Shown here: positions 11,339 through 22,539 of the stretch, one piece after another
Layout: each line of letters begins with the position of its first letter
Position numbering within the stretch: the stretch's first letter is position 1
Position numbers and translations under genes: made by a program
Assembly (NCBI RefSeq): GCF_006345805.1
Contig: NW_021836318.1
Coordinates: 53,367-117,366 of the forward strand
Direction of reading: 5' to 3'
DNA: 64,000 nucleotides
From: Octopus sinensis
Lineage: Eukaryota
The notes under the pieces: model-generated
Told to the model about the DNA's origin: nothing
The model's database searches: none
What the model saw: only the letters and a program-made list of their open reading frames with translations

Positions 11339-11370
<32 letters not shown>

Positions 11371-11414
11371 TATTATTATTATTATTATTATTGTTGTTAT
11401 TATTATCGTTATTA

Positions 11415-11448
<34 letters not shown>

Positions 11449-11480
11449 CAATATTGTTATTATTATTGTTATTGTTATTG

Positions 11481-11511
<31 letters not shown>

Positions 11512-11568
11512 CATTGTTGTTATTATTGTTGTTGTTGTTGTTGTTGTTATTATTATTATTATTATTAC

Positions 11569-11617
<49 letters not shown>

Positions 11618-11640
11618 GTTATTATTATTATTATTATCAT
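11067..11640. repeat. Long imperfect (ATT)n/(GTT)n microsatellite
   Basis: Read directly from the sequence; abuts the 3' end of the Dong-like element. Confidence 0.98.
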
Positions 11641-14600
11641 TCAGTAGTTTTATTTTTATAGCGTGCTTTCACTTCACTACCGAGCGCAGCTCTGTGTGCC
11701 TTGGGTATGTGCTGTGATTTGTTGTGATGCTCTGATGGTTATTGTATGGAAAGTGTTCTGCGTAGGATGTGTGCAGTGCCTAGTAGTGCAATTTTCTGTA
11801 TGTTATATGTGCTTGTAAGTCCTGGTGTTTTTGTTATGTATGTGTCTGAATATTTTTTTATCATGCCTAATGCACCTACTATGATAGGAATTGTTTCTGT
11901 TTTCAGATTCCACATTCTAGTTACCTCTATTTCCAGGTCTTTGTATTTTGAGAGTTTCTCCATTTCTTTTAGAGACACGTTGTCATCTGCTGGTATTGAT
12001 ACATCAATTAGAAAGCATTTATTTTCTTCATGATCTCTGACAACTATATTTGGTCTGTTGGCCTTAATTTCTCTATCTGTGTGTATCGGCATATCCCAGA
12101 GTATGGTTGCTTTCTCGTTTTCTGTGACCTTTTCTGGTGTGTGCCTATACCATCTTTTTTCTGTTGTTATTCCATAATGTTGGCATAGCTTCCAATGTAT
12201 GTAGGTTCCAACTCTGTCATGTCTGTGAATATATTCCTTCTTAGCCAGGACTGGGCAGCTAGAGATAATATGATTTATTGTTTCTTGTCCATCTCCACAT
12301 ATTCTGCAGTTACTTGTAATATTTCTTTTCATTACATGTTTTTGGTAATTTCTGGTGGGGAGGCTTTGGTCTTGTGCTGCAATTAAAAATCCCTCTGTTT
12401 CTGCTTTGAGTCCTGAGCTTCTCAACCATTGCTGGGATTTTTCTTTGTCTATTTCTTTTGCGTTTAGTTTAGTCCAGTATTTACCATGAAGGGGCTTTTC
12501 TTGCCATCGTTTTATCATGGTTCGTTGCTGTTCTATTTTTAGTTTGGATTTCATTTGTTTTATAGCTTTTGTTGTTTCTTCATCTTCTTCTTCTTCTTCT
12601 TCATGTTTATTAGGTGGTATGATTTCTTGTTTGTATTTGTCAGCTTCCTTAAATACTGAGAACAGTTTTTTGTTTTGCTCGTGTTTTGCCGCTATCTGGA
12701 TCAGTTTTCCTTCCTTCTGAAGTAGATATTTTTGCAGTTCTATGGTGGTTATTTTATAGTAGTTTTCCAGCTGTATAAGGCCTCTACCACCTTCTATACG
12801 TTGTATATATAGTCTTTCTATGTCAGATTTTGGGTGATGCATCCTAGATCCTGTCATTATTTTTCTTGTTTTCCTATCTATTTTGGTCAGTTCATTTCAT
12901 GTCCAGTTAAGGATATTGTAGCTGTAACTTATAACTGGGACAGCTAAAGTGTTGATACCTATTATCTTGTTTTTAGCATTGAGCTCTGTTTTTAGTATTG
13001 ATCTAACTCGTCTATAATATTCTTTTTTATTTTCTCTTTCATTTGTGTGTGTTGTGTCTTATCTAGTTCATGGATTCCTAAGTATTTGTAAGTTTGGCTT
13101 TGGTCTAATTCTTTTATTTCATTGGTTTTATCTAGTGTGATGTTGTTACTCTTAACTAGTTTTCCTCTTTTCATGGTTACTTTGGCGCATTTTTCTAATC
13201 CAAATTTCATATCTATTTCTTTGGTAAATCCACGAACTGTCTTTAATAGTGTTTCCAGCTGTTTGTCATTTGCAGCGTATAGTTTTAGGTCATCCATATA
13301 TAAAAGGTGGCTGATCGTTTTGCCGTAACATTTATATCCGCATCCAGTTCTATTTAGCATATCAGATAGAGGTGACAGTGCCAAGCAGAAAAGGAGTGGA
13401 GAGAGCGTGTCTCCCTGGAATATTCCTCTTCTAATGGGGATGTCTTTGGTTTTCATGAGTCCCTCTTTTGTTTGGAGGTGTAGGACTGTTTGCCATTTAT
13501 TCATAGAGTGCTCTATGAATTTTACGATTGTTGGTGCTACTTTGTTAATGGCTAGTGTTTCGAGGATCCATGTGTGGGGGATGCTATCAAACGCCTTTTT
13601 GTAGTCAATCCAGGCCATACTGAGGCCTTTCTTCTTTCTGTAGCTGTCTTCAGTTATGGCTTTATTAATCATTAGTTGATCTTTACAGCCATATGAGCCT
13701 TTGCGGCATCCTTTCTGCTCTTCTGGGAACAGTTTGTTTTCGTCCAGGTGCTTGTTCAGCCTTTGCGATATCACTGCAGTAAATGCCTTGAACATAGTAG
13801 GGAGGCAGGTTATTGGTCTGTAGTTTTCTGGTTTTGCTGTTTCATTTTATTTGGGAATTAAGATGGTTTTCCCCTTCGTGAGCCATTCAGGCATTGTCTC
13901 TGGCTCTGCTAGTATGTTGTTAAAGTTTTCAGCCAGCTTTTTGTGCATTCCTGTTAGATATTTCAACCAGAAGTTGGGGATCTTGTCATGCCCAGGTGCC
14001 TTCCAGTTGCTTAGTCTTTGCAGTGCCTGGGTGACCTCTTCAGTTGTTATGGGGGTCCAAAGTTGTTCAGATGCCGAGTTTGTTATTTTGATACTCCTTT
14101 TTTTTGGTTGTTCGTTCGCTGACCATATTTCTCCCCAGAATTCTTCCAATTCTTCTGCCGTTGGTGCTGCAGTGACTTCTATTTTATTTTTGCCCAGTTC
14201 TTGGTAGAACTTTTTGGGGTTGGAGTTGAACTTTTTGTTTTGTTCAAAGAAGCGTTGGCGTTTCTCGTACCGGCGGATCCTTTGTGCTTTGGCAAGGATA
14301 TCTTGCTTCAGCTTTTCTTTTATCTCAGGCAAATCTTTCTCTGTGATGTTATATTTGCGGAGTATTTTTGTTTTCTTTTTGTTGCTCAGTAGCGTTGATT
14401 GTTTGCTGATTTCATTAAGAATCGACAGGTCTTTTCTAATTTTTTTTGTTTTGTTCTGGATGTTATTTATCCACAGGGTTTGTTTGGGTGGTGGTACTCC
14501 TGTTTGGACGGGTTTGATTGAGTATCCAGCTTCTTTTGTGGCGGCAGTGGCTGCTGCGTATATTAAGTCATTTAGTTCAGTGATATCACTTTTTTTGTTT

Positions 14601-15598
14601 CAGTGGCTAGTTCAGTGACGGCTAGGTTTATGCTGTTTATAATTGGTGTTGTTATTTCGTTTATTTTGATTCTTGGGAGGTATGGTCGGTGGTCCATTTT
14701 GGGCTCTGTGGTTTTCAGTTCTAAGATTATTTTATTTTTTATATTATCATAATCATTAGGCTCCCCTTCGTTGTTTACATCGTGTTTGTTGGGAATGTTG
14801 CGTTTGTCTTCGTGTTTTACAGTTTCAGTGTTTATATTATTGGGCATTGTTGTGTGGCTTCTATCTACATTTTCCTGGTGTATTTTTTCTTTTAGATGTT
14901 CTATCTCTATTTCTGATATTTTTTTTGTGTTGAGAATGTATCTTCGTACGTTAGCTAATTTGTTAGGGTTCATTGCTGTATCCAAGTCTATATCTCTATT
15001 ATTTTCCTTCCATATTTTATATGTATGTGTTGTTGTGTTTTCATTCTTTGGGTAGAGCACTGCTGTGAAGTATGCATGTAAGATAGAAATGTATTCCTCA
15101 CGTGTCCATTTACGTCTTTTGGGTTTTATTTGCGGGACATGAGGAACAACGTCCGGCCCATTATTTTGACGGTCGTCATTTTCGTGGGGTACCGGTCCGT
15201 TTGTTTCTGTTGTCACATTATTTCGCACGTGTAGTTTTTCGTCCATTTTTTGTTGTAAGTTTAATGTACATACCGCTCGATTGTTATTCTTGGGTTGAAT
15301 AGTATCGGTGGCATTTAATTTCTTCGTAGTTCCTTTGTACATGGTGTTTGGGGTCGGGGATGATCGTGATGTTCCACGCATGTTTACATATGTTGTGTTA
15401 GAGGTGGAGATGATATCGAGTTAAAATACATCATTTCGTTTCGAAAATAGCAATAAATTTCAATTAGTATTACTTACTCGGATACAGTCCAATTCTTTGT
15501 TAGTAAATCTTTGGCTCCATAGGATGTCCTTGTTTTCGATGTTTGTGGATAGATTTCGGAGCTCTGTATTTTCCTTCTTACATCTTAAACGTCCCCCT
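11641..15598 (-). mobile_element. Near full-length R4/Dong-clade non-LTR retrotransposon (RT + CCHC + restriction-like endonuclease), inserted in (TAA)n
   Basis: RT motifs WIDYKKAFDSIPH, RRGIFQGDTLSPLLF and LYMDD; CCHC finger CRICGDGQETINHIISSC; RHD; RLE region NRPNIVV..LIDVSIP..EKLSKY. ~100-bp 3' UTR ends in TAA repeats; microsatellite on both flanks. Confidence 0.92.
11739..15381 (-). pseudogene. Disrupted single ORF of the Dong-like element (~1213 aa when repaired)
   Basis: Track ORFs 14572-15381, 13847-14332, 12992-13795 and 11739-12857 join after removing a +2 insertion (~14585), an in-frame TAA (13847-13849), a -1 deletion in a T-run (~13023) and an in-frame TGA (12897-12899). Confidence 0.88.
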
Positions 15599-15633
15599 TA
15601 ATAATAATAATAATAATAACAACAACAACAACA

Positions 15634-15672
<39 letters not shown>

Positions 15673-15695
15673 CGTTATTATTATTATTATTATTA

Positions 15696-15727
<32 letters not shown>

Positions 15728-15788
15728 GTTGTTGTTGTTATTATTATTGTTGTTGTTGTTGTTGTTGTTGTTATTATTATTATTATTA
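15599..15788. repeat. Polarity-switching microsatellite: (TAA)7(CAA)5, then (TTA)n with (TTG)n blocks
   Basis: Read directly from the sequence; the switch point is at about 15635. Confidence 0.95.
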
Positions 15789-16002
15789 AGGCAGCAAGCT
15801 GGCAGAATCATTAGAACATGGGACAAAATTTATAGTAGCACTTTGTCTGTCTTTACATTATGAGTTCAAATGATGCTGAGCTTGGCTTTGCCTTTCTTCT
15901 TTTCAGGGTTGATGAAATAATATACTAGTTAAGCTCTGATGGTTGATGAACAAAATTAGCACCCTGACCAAATTCCAGGACTAGTACCTATAATAGAGAG
16001 GA
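15789..16002 (+). mobile_element. Degenerate SINE, AGGTGGCGAGCTGGCAG family
   Basis: AAGGCAGCAAGCTGGCAGAATC head, TGAGTTCAAATG B box, CTTTGCCTTTC..CAGGGTTGATGAAATAA body. Confidence 0.78.
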
Positions 16003-16020
16003 TTATTATTATTATTATAT

Positions 16021-16508
16021 GTTTGACTTTTGCTTTATGTCTGTACAAGTTGGCTCCAAGTCTCACCCAGAGACCTCAAGAGACAACAGGTTGGAAGTTC
16101 TGTCCCATATATTTGGTTCTTTTTTTTTGTTTGTGTTGTACTAAAAAAATTAAAAAATAAAAAATAAACCTTGGGATTACATAGAGAGTATTTTGCGTAG
16201 GATATGAGCAGTTCCCATGAGCACTATCTTTTGAATTTCTGCCATTTTGGGGTTTCCTGGTATCTGAGTTAGGTAGCAATCAGTCCCTTTCGCTATCATT
16301 CCCAGGGCACCTATGACAACAGGTATTGTTTTAGTCTTCAGCTTCCACATTTTGCTGATTTCTATTTCAAGATCTTTATATTTGCTCAGTTTTTGGTAGG
16401 TCTTGACAGATACGTTTATATCGATTGGGACAGTCATATCAATGAGGAGGCATGTTCTTTGTCTGAAGTCTTTCAATATAGTGTCTGGCCTATTTGCATC
16501 TATCTTCC

Positions 16509-16510
<2 letters not shown>
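16021..16510 (-). mobile_element. 5'-truncated Dong-like copy, second subfamily (RLE C-terminus plus 3' UTR)
   Basis: DANRPDTILKDFRQRTCLLIDMTVPIDINVSVKTYQKLSKYKDLEIEISKMWKLKTKTIPVVIGALG..TAHILRKILSM*; TAA repeats at both ends. B copy at ~45690-46180. Confidence 0.88.
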
Positions 16511-16549
<39 letters not shown>

Positions 16550-16610
16550 TATTATTATTGTTATTATTATTATTATTATTATCATTATTATTATTATTAT
16601 TATTATTATC

Positions 16611-17461
16611 CAAGTCTCACCCAGAGACCTCAAAAGACAACAAGTTAGAGCCTAGGGTGTCATTTATTTGGTTTTGTGCGTAGTATTGTTCTAGAGAATG
16701 TTTAAGAAACAATAAGAAAATTATGTTTGTTTTAAAATTTGAGATTACATTGACAGTATTTTACGTTGGATATGAGCAGTTCCCATGAGCACTATCTTTT
16801 GAATTTCTGCCATTTTGGAGTTTCCTGGTATCTGAGCTAGGTAGCAATCAGCCCCTTTTGCTATCATTCCCAGGGCACCTATGACAACAGGTATTGTTTT
16901 AGTCTTCAGCTTCCACATTTTGCTAATTTCTATTTCAAGATCTTCATACTTGCTCAGATTTTGGTAGGTCTTGACAGATACGTTTATATCGATTGGGACA
17001 GTCTTTCAATATGATGTCTGGCCTATTTGCATCAATCATTCTGTCAGTTTGAATTGTGAAGTTCCAGAGGAGTGAGATGTGGTCATTTTCAAGCACTGGA
17101 GGTGGTTTATGTTCCCACCAGTTTGATCATGGGGCAAATCCAAGTTTTTGCAAATTACCCAGTGAATATATAGTGCAACTCTATAATGCCTGTTGAGATA
17201 CTCTGTAGGCCAGTGGTTTTCAACCAGGGTTCCGCCAGTACAGTCCAGGGGTTCCGCAAGAAGTTACAAAACTGCTAAAATCGGCAGTAATTTTTAATTC
17301 TCCTGTGCAGATATGCGTGCATAAGACTATTAAATTATTGCACAGGGGTTCCTCGAGCCAGTGGAATGTTTCCTTGGGGTTCCGCTCCAGCAAAAAGTTT
17401 GAAAAGCACTGCTGTAGGCGCTAGAAGACTGCACTTGGAGACAACATGATGAATGGTTTCA

Positions 17462-17465
<4 letters not shown>
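16611..17465 (-). mobile_element. 5'-truncated Dong-like copy, second subfamily, interrupted by a hAT MITE
   Basis: Minus strand reads ETIHHVVSKCSLLAPTEYLNRH..IHWVICK..WWEHKP..LLWNFTIQTDRMIDANRPDIILKD..GALG..KILSM*; its 3' UTR shares GAGGTCTCTGGGTGAGACTTGGA with the 16021-16510 copy. B copy at ~46275-47120. Confidence 0.87.
17211..17411. mobile_element. hAT (Charlie/Buster-type) MITE, 201 bp
   Basis: TIRs CAGTGGTTTTCAACC / GTTTGAAAAGCACTG (13/15 match); perfect 8-bp TSD CTGTAGGC at 17203-17210 and 17412-17419 with TA at positions 4-5. Confidence 0.93.
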
Positions 17466-17514
<49 letters not shown>

Positions 17515-17515
<1 letters not shown>

Positions 17516-17730
17516 AGGTGGCGAGCTGGCAAAATCGTTTACACATAGAGTGAAATGCTTAATGGCATTTTGCCCAACACAATGTTCTGAGTTCAAATTC
17601 TACTGAGGTCAGCTTAGCCTTTCATCCTTTCAGGGTTGATAAATTAAGTACCACTGAAGCACCAGGGTCGATGTAATTGACTGTCACACACCCATAAAAT
17701 TTCAGGCCTTGCACTTACAAAAAGAAAGGA
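17515..17730 (+). mobile_element. SINE, AGGTGGCGAGCTGGCAG family
   Basis: AAGGTGGCGAGCTGGCAAAATC head, TGAGTTCAAATTC B box, conserved body; flanked by (ATT)n and (CTT)n(ATT)n. Confidence 0.83.
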
Positions 17731-17757
17731 TTCTTCTTCTTCTTCTTCTTCTTCTTC

Positions 17758-17795
<38 letters not shown>

Positions 17796-17964
17796 AATAA
17801 TAATAATTATAATAATTATTATTATTATTATTATTATCATTATTATTATTGTCATTATTATCATTATTATTATTGTCATTATTATTATTATTATTATTAT
17901 TATCATTATTATTATTAATAATAATAATAATTATTATTATTGTTGTTGTTGTTGTTGTTGTTTC

Positions 17965-18001
<37 letters not shown>

Positions 18002-18120
18002 ATTATTTTTTCTTCTTCTTCTTCTTCTTCTTCTTATTATTATTATTATTATTATATATTATTTTTTTCTTCTTCTTCTTCTTCTTCTTCTTCTTATTCT
18101 TCTTCTTCTTCTTCTTCTTC

Positions 18121-18152
<32 letters not shown>

Positions 18153-18170
18153 ATTATTAACACTATAATA
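17731..18170. repeat. Compound (CTT)n/(ATT)n/(AAT)n/(GTT)n microsatellite
   Basis: Read directly from the sequence. Confidence 0.97.
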
Positions 18171-18319
18171 TAGAACAAAAATGCCTTACCCGAGAATCTG
18201 TTTCCTAACATAGCAACAAAGCAATTCCCATGTTCCATCCTCAAAATAGACTTCATGGGAACTTTTCAGAAACGTGCACAAAATGAACTGGTTTTTGTTT
18301 TCGTTTTTTTCCTATTTTT

Positions 18320-18445
18320 AAATCACGTGTAACAGTAAGCGGATGTTGGTTGGTTTGTTGGTTGGCTCATTAATTCATTTGTTAATCACGTTGGTCAGAG
18401 AAGCTATATAAAGGAAGAAAACGCTTTCATTGTACTACAGTTTGT
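18320..18445 (+). promoter_or_regulatory. Putative Pol II core promoter of the 399-aa gene
   Basis: TATATAAA at 18405-18412; Inr-like TCATT (18427) or ACAGTT (18437); E-box CACGTG at about 18324; ATG at 18479. Repeated at ~48119 in B. Confidence 0.55.
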
Positions 18446-18478
18446 TTGTGAACTTCACCAGCCGACATAACTCGCAAG

Positions 18479-19678
18479 ATGCCGGAATACCGTCCTCTAG
18501 CTGTTGAGCGGCAAGTTTTCTTGATTGGAATATGGCGATCTGTTACTCTAAACGATATTTTCCTGAAAGAGATTCAAATAGAAGAGGAAAAAATTACAGA
18601 TAAAATCTGTCAACTGCAGTTGTCTCCTTCCGGATTGTTTTTGTTTGCAAAAACAGGCAACTACAGCACAGGGCTGGAGAATGGAGTTCTGCTGCATAAG
18701 ATTTACTCAATCGCATCAAAAAAGTCAAAACCAGAGCATCTGTTGTGCATCATTGATGAAGATGAAGAGGATAAATTTGCTGTCATTTTGCTCCGTTGTA
18801 ACACTTTGAAAGACAGCTTCCTTATACAGAACACCATGAAAGAACTGTGGGATGTTTGTTTCATATCAGAGAAACAGTTTTATATCAAGCGTGAGCCTTG
18901 TGGGAGAGTGAAAAGTATGCTGAGAGGATCGTATGGGTCAGATGAAAGTTGGCAGAAAAGCAACAGTGAGAAATCCGATGAAATATATAATTCTGGGTCT
19001 TTGATAACGATCGATGATTTCAATAAATATCAGCACGCCACAGAGTCAAACATGACAACCATAAGAGAACAGCTTGATATGATTTTTTCAGAAATCAACA
19101 ATGTTAAAGTCTACCTAACGAACACCGATATAACGAATGAAGATAACCTCGAAGACCTCAACAACATGAAAGGCATGAAGTATTTGAGAGCGATCGCACA
19201 TAACAAAGACGGAGATTCAAACAATGAAATCCGAAGTTTGGAAGACTATTTTGATGTAGATGTATTGAAAGCCAGCAAATTGTCTGACACTGAAAATGAA
19301 GAATATATTTTATTACGAAACAACCTCTTAAAAAAATCTCATGACGGCTATTTTCAAGAGAAGCCCATCCGTTTTAAGCCTGATTATTTACACAGTGACC
19401 CACTGTTTGGTAAAACGCGTAAAGGCCACAGTCTGGAGGACTGTCTCAACACGAAGGAAAGCAACATGGTGAATAGCCAAATGGAGATAATGGAATCAAC
19501 CTCGAAAGCTAATTCCGTGGCAAAGGGCCGCAAACCAGGCAACTGGGGATTTTTACAAGAACTTTTTGATTTGGAATCAAACAGCAAAGAGTCCATAACA
19601 AAAAAGAACAGTGATAGGACTTTCACACCTTGTCATGCAAAACCCCTTGATATGGCTTACATGCGCACAGGAGTATGA
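18479..19678 (+). CDS. Uncharacterised 399-aa protein with a PTB/PH-fold-like N-terminal domain (aa ~10-130) and an acidic, largely disordered C-terminal part
   Basis: Only long non-repetitive, non-TE ORF in the unit, with an upstream TATA box. The pattern VFLIG / helix / CQLQLSPSGLFLF / LLHKIYSI / HLLCII / FAVILLRC / C-terminal helix DSFLIQNTMKELW follows PTB topology (by eye). The true 3' end may be spliced. Confidence 0.75.
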   Translation: MPEYRPLAVERQVFLIGIWRSVTLNDIFLKEIQIEEEKITDKICQLQLSPSGLFLFAKTGNYSTGLENGVLLHKIYSIASKKSKPEHLLCIIDEDEEDKFAVILLRCNTLKDSFLIQNTMKELWDVCFISEKQFYIKREPCGRVKSMLRGSYGSDESWQKSNSEKSDEIYNSGSLITIDDFNKYQHATESNMTTIREQLDMIFSEINNVKVYLTNTDITNEDNLEDLNNMKGMKYLRAIAHNKDGDSNNEIRSLEDYFDVDVLKASKLSDTENEEYILLRNNLLKKSHDGYFQEKPIRFKPDYLHSDPLFGKTRKGHSLEDCLNTKESNMVNSQMEIMESTSKANSVAKGRKPGNWGFLQELFDLESNSKESITKKNSDRTFTPCHAKPLDMAYMRTGV

Positions 19679-21213
19679 AAACCCATTGAAGAGGTCTACC
19701 GAAAGAAAGACAGCCAAGTATTTACCTGGGACGCTGTATACAAACCAAACCACAGTTAAGACAGGTAATTCTGTCGGTTTTTTACCTCACACTATCTGAA
19801 GCCACCTTAATGAACTTCAAAGCTACAACTTGTTAATTGGACAAAAAGCAAAAAAAAAAAAAAAAATTCAAAACAAAAGTAATATTTCAAACAACTTTTT
19901 AAATATATTTATTGAACAATATTTGATTGAACTACCTTGTCATATATATACACACACACACCAAAGACAAATTGTGAGGACAGGTATATATATATATATA
20001 ATCACATTATATCATATTAAATTATATTATTTATATTATATGTGTGTATGTATGTGTGTATATATATATATATATATATGTATATACACACACAAGTACA
20101 TACACATACATACACATAGAAATATATATATGTATACATAGACTCCTACACATATCAGCTGTAATTCAAAAACAGATGTGCATTAATGCTGTCCAGCTGT
20201 CCGAATATCTCTCTAACTTATACTTTGGCCAATGTTGTGACCATATATCTATCTGTGTGTATCTGTGTTTGTAGAGCAGCCTTGATCTTCAAGGATTTGC
20301 GATGGGTAAAATGTACCTCAGTTTTTCGCAGTCCAAACCATGAAAGAAGGAGAACTTCAGATCATATAATACCAATGGCTGCCTCCTCCTCCTCTTGTAT
20401 GAGTCAAGGGATTCTCTAAGTGGACTCTTGCTTCTGTTAAAAATACCAGCTGAGCTTTTTGTGAAATCTCATGAAACCTTAAAAAATGACAACAAAAAAA
20501 AAAAAACAGAACAATGGATAATGCAATCCAAGGTATACTCAGACAAGAAATTAAGACAGAGTGGTCGTGATTTGTTCAATCAGACCTCATCTGAGACTAA
20601 GAGTCAATAAGAACTATAACAACGAGAAGAACAACAAAAAAGAAATTATGACAACAACAACGACAAGAGTTACAACAACGACAAGAATATCAAGAAGGAA
20701 AATAACAACAACAACAAAGAATTCCTTTGCCCAGAAATCTACCAAGACTTCAGTCTGTGTCCTGATTGTTCTGTGACTGTAAGAACTGGTTTTCTCTAAA
20801 GCAACCCAGATTCGACTGTAAATCTATGATTTCACATTTTGGTAAAACAATTTCTTTGCAATTTTTACCTTATTTTTGTTTCTTTCATTTTTTATTATTT
20901 TTTTTTTTTAAATTTCTTTAGTTTTTTTTTCCCATCCGTTTTTAATTATTGGTTAACCGAGATGCGTGACGTCTCTCCCTTGGGACATATATTTTCATTC
21001 CCCCGCCCCACCTCATATCCCAGCTAAAAAAAAAAAAAAATTGAATGTCTAAACAATTTTTGTATTTTAATCTGTGTGGTCCTGAACTGATCTGAATCTT
21101 AATCCCAATTATATTCCTGGTATGTTTCAATTGACATTCTACCCCATCACACACACAAACCCTTATGCAACTTATATATTATCAGAGACACCTAGCTAAA
21201 TACCCACGGGCTG

Positions 21214-21338
21214 AATAATAATAATAAAAATAATAATAATGACGATGTTGATTTCTTTTACTTATGATAAAAAAATTTATAGTAATGACAGTAATCATAG
21301 TAATTATAATAATGACTTATTTAATTAAAATTGTTTCT

Positions 21339-21376
<38 letters not shown>

Positions 21377-21521
21377 CGATGATTTACTTTTAATTAAGAA
21401 ATTTTTAATAATAATGATCAAATTCAACTTTGATTAAAAGATTTTTTTCACAATAATAGTGATAATAATGAAAATTATGTTTTTATTTTTAATTAAAAAA
21501 TTTTTAATAATAATAATAGTA

Positions 21522-21552
<31 letters not shown>

Positions 21553-21590
21553 TTGTGATGATGATGATAATAATAGCAATAATAACAATA
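21214..21590. repeat. AT-rich low-complexity region with (AAT)n and a loosely repeated ~110-bp module
   Basis: AATAATAATGACGATG..TTT..TTAA..AAA.TTT recurs at about 21235, 21370 and 21485. Confidence 0.7.
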
Positions 21591-21849
21591 TATGGGTTTT
21601 GAACTTAATTACAAGAGCAGAGATTAATTTGTTGGGTTGTATGTGTAGCAGATTTAATTAATCTATCTTTGTTTCTATGTCTGTCTGTGTGTCTGTACCT
21701 ATTATTTATTTATTTATTAATTTATTCATTCATGTCTGTTAGTATGTAAGTTTGTATGTTAAATTGACTAGAAAAGGCTGTGTGATATAAAGTTAAGAAT
21801 TGTTCAAAGCTGGCTTTTAAACAAATTTAACATCACACAGGTGCACATG

Positions 21850-22266
<417 letters not shown>

Positions 22267-22539
22267 TACATGTATTTAATTCTACCTTCAATCTCTGTGT
22301 CATTTATTTAAGAATTATCATACTCTGTGTGTCTTTGTCCATTATTCTCTGTTGTCCTGTGATCTCATCAGCCAATCAGTTTCTTTTGCCCTGTTTTCTC
22401 TCTCGTTTCCATTATTGAGCTACACTGCTGTGCAGTGGTCACTCTGGCGCACTCCAAAATTTGCTCAAAGTTATTCCTGCAGGCAGGAAACCGAGCTACT
22501 TTCTAACAAGGGCAGTAACTCAAAGCAAGACACGTTTGC

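Noticed and set aside
11050-11717. Poly-I/L/Y/N ORFs, and MYVC/YIHT ORFs elsewhere
   Set aside because: Translations of (ATT)n, (TA)n and (TACA)n microsatellites.
19384-19626. Antisense ORF over the gene, and plus-strand ORFs antisense to the Dong element
   Set aside because: Shadow ORFs of real coding sequence.
19843-19866. A-rich tract after the ORF suggesting a processed retrogene
   Set aside because: No upstream AATAAA or TSD, A-runs are common in this window, and the tract lies inside the candidate intron.
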